Below the pieces are notes generated by a model, which saw only the letters and a program-made list of their open reading frames with translations, had not been told where the DNA came from and made no database searches. From Haliotis rubra (Eukaryota): a stretch of 64,000 nt of DNA. The position numbers were made by a program, and so were the translations under genes. Where the stretch lies: positions 2,232,001-2,296,000 of the forward strand of contig NW_025767546.1 in the NCBI RefSeq assembly GCF_003918875.1, read 5' to 3'. Below are positions 59,247 through 64,000 of this stretch, in pieces. Each line of letters starts with the position of its first letter. Position 1 is the first letter of the stretch.

Positions 59247-60124
59247 GGTGGCCTTGTCGCTTCAAATCCCTGTGCAGAGTCTCACACCAGAATCCTATTT
59301 TTAAAACCTATTATGATGGGTCGCCATTTTGTTTCTAGGTCTGTCAGCTCTATACCTTGGGTCCAGGGTGTACCCAAGTGGTAACCGTTTGAGACCAACA
59401 TCACTCCCTCCCAATTAAGCTAACATGCAGTGATGTATACTGAGAATAACAAGTTAAGCGTCAGCCTATTTCAAAACTAAGATGTGAAGCTGTGGAAATG
59501 TTAGGCTAAAATAGTTGGGAAGACCAATCCATTTTTAGAGAAGGTTCATCTGTTAACTGATTTAGAGATATCATAATCATTTGTATTTACAATTAAAGGA
59601 ACTATTGTTAAAGATATGATGGCACTGATTTTTAAAGCAAAATAACTATTCCTACTCTGCTTATACAACACTATTAAACTTAGGTTTCACTTGTCAAAAA
59701 TGACTATCATGTGACCATATAACAGTCATTTCTGATTTTCACTTTTCAAAAGAATGTAACTTTTTGTGGAAAACAAAATGCATATTTTCCAAAAGCGCAT
59801 ACATCCTGTTTAAAGTAAAAGATAATTCCCATAATGGTTTTGTTTTTAAACTAAAAGTACTACACCAAATTATGATGGTTGTGTTTTCTGAAAGATTTCC
59901 TATGAGACAACCTATATTGGCAAAATAAACTGGGTGGCGCTTAACTTTTTATTCACAGTATGATTTGAATTCTGTTCAAAGAGGCCCAGCTCTCTCACAG
60001 ACTGGCACTATGTCCTATTTACGCTGCGTTATGCAGCCAAGTTTGCTGCAGCGTAAATCGGACATGGTACAAGTCGTTTGTTGGCAATCTTGCTGGCCTG
60101 TACTTAAAGCTTCTTTCGATGGAT

Positions 60125-60385
60125 TGTTTGGTTTATTTGGCTTGGATGTTGCTTAACGCCATACTACGCAATTGTACCGCTATATTGGGGCGGTCTGGAA
60201 ATAATCGAGATAATCCAGTGACCAACATCATGAGCATCGATCTACACAATTGGAATACGATGACATGTGTCAAGTTACTGTCAACCAATTCAGCGACCCT
60301 GACCACCCGATCCCGTCAGTCACTTCTAATGACAAGCATGGGTTTGCTGACGACCAATTCTAGATAACCCGGATCTTCACGGGTG
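60125..60385 (-). mobile_element. Family A retroposon, diverged
   Basis: Reverse-complement match. Confidence 0.7.
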
Positions 60386-60930
60386 TCTTTAACTGGAGGT
60401 CCCTGGAACGTAACATCGATAGCACAACATGTTTAATACTCAAGTTGATGTCATACACAAAATGTAATCATATGTTTTCTCGCAGTCAGTAATTTTGATT
60501 TTTTCACTCCGTGAGGAAAATCCTAGAACTGGATCAACGCCATTGTCCATTCATTGGGCGTCAAGTTCCATGTCACCAATTGCTGGTCTGGATTTAGTCA
60601 TCGCCACCACGCATCTTTGATGTCACTGACGCCGTCGCCAGTCCATGAAACCCGACTTACAGAGATCACCTAGTGTATATGTCTAGATAGAGCAGTGTAA
60701 TTGCGTTTAGTCAGCCTATTCAGGCGGTTGACCTTTAGATTGCCACAGAACGTTAGGTCGCATCAGTACGCTAACGTCAAGTCGTATCAGTGTAAGAAGG
60801 TAGCAGCCAGAGCACAGGTACACAGCGGAAATGATTGAGGCAATTAGGAACATGACAAATATGTCTGCATGTAAAAGAAGAACGAGTGGGTCTCACGCCT
60901 CTTTCAACAATACTCCTGCAGTATCATTGC

Positions 60931-61095
60931 GAGTGAGTGAGTGAGTATGGTTTTACGCCGCTTTTAGCAATATTCCAGCAATATCACGACGATGGACACC
61001 AGAAATGGGTTTCACACATTGTACCCATGTGGAATCGAACCCGAGGCTTCAGCGTGACGAGCGAACGCTTTAACCACTAGGCTACCCCACCGCCA
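60931..61095 (-). mobile_element. tRNA-derived SINE family B
   Basis: Reverse-complement match. Confidence 0.82.
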
Positions 61096-61169
61096 CTTGG
61101 CTACCCCAACATCTGTTTGTTTGTTTGTTTGTTTGTTTGTTTATAAGGCTGCACTCAACAATATTACAG

Positions 61170-61218
<49 letters not shown>

Positions 61219-61361
61219 CGTGCCTGGACCGGACAATCCTGTAATCAGCAGCATGAGCATGGATCTTCGCAGTTGGGATACGATGACAAGTTAACGAGCT
61301 TGACCACAGTTATTATATCATTACCATTTCAACGCTACTACATTAGCCATTCACTTAGCAG

Positions 61362-61573
61362 GTGAGGTGAAATTGGGTTTAACGTCGTGCTTGAAAATAT
61401 TTCGCTCATATGACGACGTGCATGCGTGTGTATGTGTATGTGCTGCTGCTTGTACTAGCCCAGACTGAAGCTGGTTTTATGGTGCTAGCCCACTGAGATA
61501 CCATGCCGGGGATCGAACCCGCGACCCACCGCTCTCCGGGCGGACGCTCTAACCACTACACCACGGAGGCGGT
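61362..61573 (-). mobile_element. SINE family C with internal deletion
   Basis: Head and tail retained; TSD CCATTCACTTAGCAG. Confidence 0.82.
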
Positions 61574-62395
61574 CCATTCACTTAGCAGCTTGTGAACAAT
61601 ATTGTTATTGACAGACATATTTTCAGCTGAGGTAATATCGCTCACTAGTGTTATCATCATCGACAAGATATCATCGATAATATAATTATCGCCCTGTTCA
61701 ACCTTAATACTTACTGACTGTTATCGTGATGCATAACGTCCATCCGTTATAACCTCTACGTTAGATTAACTTTCCCGAGCCATAAGGGGACATGAACCCA
61801 TGTCACTCGAGGGACCAGTGGACGACGAATTTGCTTACAGCACTGCTGATTATTTTGTCAGAATGCCACAGTTAACCATTTATTCACTATACAGGTGACC
61901 AAAAACTATCTTAGAGTTATTCCCCCTAAATCCATCTTATTCGGATAATATCGTAAATATCCGGAGAATGGCGTCTCGCATCCATAATTTGAGATACAGT
62001 ATAGCAGTTGGTATGTTGCAAATGTAGACAATAGTTCGGCAATTCGAGCGGGACTATAAACATATACCTCACATGGTACATTGAAAATAATAGAATAGGT
62101 TTCAGTATCAGATTCCCAATTGAGAATCAGATTCATATGAAAGAAAAGACAACTCAAATTTTACCTTAGTAAATTTAAGATAGTCATGTTTTGGGCCTAG
62201 CCCAGTTTATCGCCTTGTCAGTCATCAAGGGTTTAAGGGTTCCAGTGATAATATTTGTCTGTCAACACCGAACCTATGCCATATATTATCTTCGATATGT
62301 CTGTCCTTCCTTCCTTACCGTAGTATAACCAAATTCACTCACTCACACATTCCTTTATCACTCCAATGAAACTTCGGGGTCACCTCGAGGCAATG

Positions 62396-62558
62396 CGGGG
62401 CAGTGGGGTAGCCTAGTGGTAAAAGCGTTCGCCCATCACGCCGAATACCTGGGTTCGATTCCCCACATGGGTACAATGTGTGAAGCCCATTTCTGGTGTC
62501 CCCCGCTGTGATATTCCTGGAATATTGCTAAAAGCGGCGTCAAACCAAACTCACTCAC
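62396..62558 (+). mobile_element. tRNA-derived SINE family B (~165 bp)
   Basis: A box TAGCCTAGTGG and B box GGTTCGATTCC; tail shared with family A; TSD GAGGCAATGCGG. Confidence 0.88.
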
Positions 62559-63044
62559 TTGAGGCAATGCGGTGCTCACGTAACGACATTTATTTATATT
62601 TATACTTTATTTAATCATATTAAAAACTACATGCATCTGTTCATTACCCGACATCAAATAGGCACTCCTGTTCTCAAAGCGACAGGCGCTGGCACCGGTG
62701 GAGTTCAGCATCACACAGTCAACTGCGTTCAGCGAGAGGCATCAATACAGCGCCATCTGTTAGCTACCAGCGTAAACAGTCCCCGCGAGCATTTGATGAG
62801 CAAGTGGCCGATTAATTCGATTAATATTTCCGGAGAAATTACATGTAGCGACTCAATCAGTTGACCAGGACTTTGATGTGGGGACACAAATTGTTGTTGT
62901 AGCTTGCTGACTCTGTGGTCTGCTTGATGAGAGACCGAGTGGTTTGTGGTCAACGATAAATGGACAAATACAAATCAGACTTGCGCAGTTTGTAATCTGT
63001 GTGTGAAAGTGTAATGAATACATGGAATCAATGTCAGGGTCAAT

Positions 63045-64000
63045 TACACATGGAGTAAATGTTAGCGTGACACACATGGAGTAAATGTGAGAGTGACACA
63101 CATGGAGTAAATGTGAGCGTGATACACATGGAGTAAATGTGAGCGTGACACACATGGAGTAAATGTGAGAGTGACACACATGGAGTAAATGTGAGCGTGA
63201 CACACATGGAGTAAATGTGAGCGTGACACACATGGAGTATATGTGAGAGTGACACACGTGGAGTAAATGTGGGCCTGACACATGTAGTAAATGTGAGCCT
63301 GACACACATGGAGTAAATGTGAGAGTGACACACATGGAGTAAATGTGAGCCTGACACACGTGGAGTAAATGTGAGCCTGACACACATGGAGTAAAATGTG
63401 AGCATGACACACATGGAGTAAATGTGAGCTTGATACATGGAGTAAATGTTAGCGTGACACACATGGAGTAAATGTGAGCGTGACACACATGGGGTAAATG
63501 TGAGCGTGACACGCATGCAGTAAATGTTAGCGTGACACACATGCAGTAAGTGTTAGCGTGACACGCATGGAGTAAATGTTAGCGTGACACACATGGAGTA
63601 AATGTTAGCGTGACACACATGGAGTAACTGTGAGCGTGACACGCATGCACTAAATGTGAGCGTGACACACATGGAGTAAATGTGAGAGTGACACACATGC
63701 ACTAAATGTGAGCGTGACACACATGGAGTAAATGTGAGCGTGACACGCATGCACTAAATGTGAGCGTGACACACATGTAGTAAATGTTAGCGTGACATAC
63801 ATGGAGTAAATGTGAGCGTGACACACATGGAGTAAATGTGAGCGTGACACACATGGAGTAAATGTGAGCGTGACACACATGCAGTAAATGTGAGCGTGAC
63901 ACACATGCAGTAAATGTTAGCGTGAGACACATGCACTAAATGTGAGCGTTACGCACATGCACTAAATGTGAGCGTGACACACATGGAGTCAATGTGAGCG
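63045..64000. repeat. 26-bp minisatellite running off the window end
   Basis: CACACATGGAGTAAATGTGAGCGTGA. Confidence 0.95.

Noticed and set aside
62396-62470. tRNA gene calls for SINE B/C heads
   Set aside because: A/B boxes are present, but they are followed by SINE body and tail with TSDs, occur as many diverged copies, and lack a proper acceptor stem and terminator.
62853-63932. Cys/His-rich repetitive ORFs resembling zinc fingers
   Set aside because: The 26-bp unit is not a multiple of 3, so these are frame-cycling translations of a minisatellite.

Overview
This is a repeat-rich animal genomic window, not a prokaryotic one: it has GT-AG introns, SINEs, MITEs, minisatellites and one N-gap. 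It is most likely from a gastropod mollusc such as abalone (Haliotis); this is inferred from a vitelline-envelope-type ZP gene and the (GAGT)n-tailed SINE repertoire. Two spliced genes can be rebuilt exon by exon and lie tail-to-tail. One is a 10-exon secreted ZP-domain (VEZP-like) gene on + (4450-14156). The other is a 6-exon lin-7/MALS/Veli gene (L27+PDZ) on - (16570-22249). Each carries one apparent 1-nt frameshift, and the ZP terminal exon is open in two frames (soluble versus transmembrane C-terminus). The rest of the window is mostly mobile and repetitive DNA: four SINE-type families (one with a 5S-rRNA-like head, one with no tRNA head but a structured 5' end), many MITEs/foldbacks (including Kolobok-like and IS3EU-like), a dead Tc1 transposase, L2/CR1 3' remnants, a 5'-truncated RTE/RTEX-like LINE flanked by a ~300-bp direct repeat, and several minisatellites. 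I could not identify a clear-cut new biological system. The best leads are the dual-frame ZP terminal exon, the very long target-site duplication and the unusual SINE architectures. Most short ORFs in the track are repeat-derived noise.
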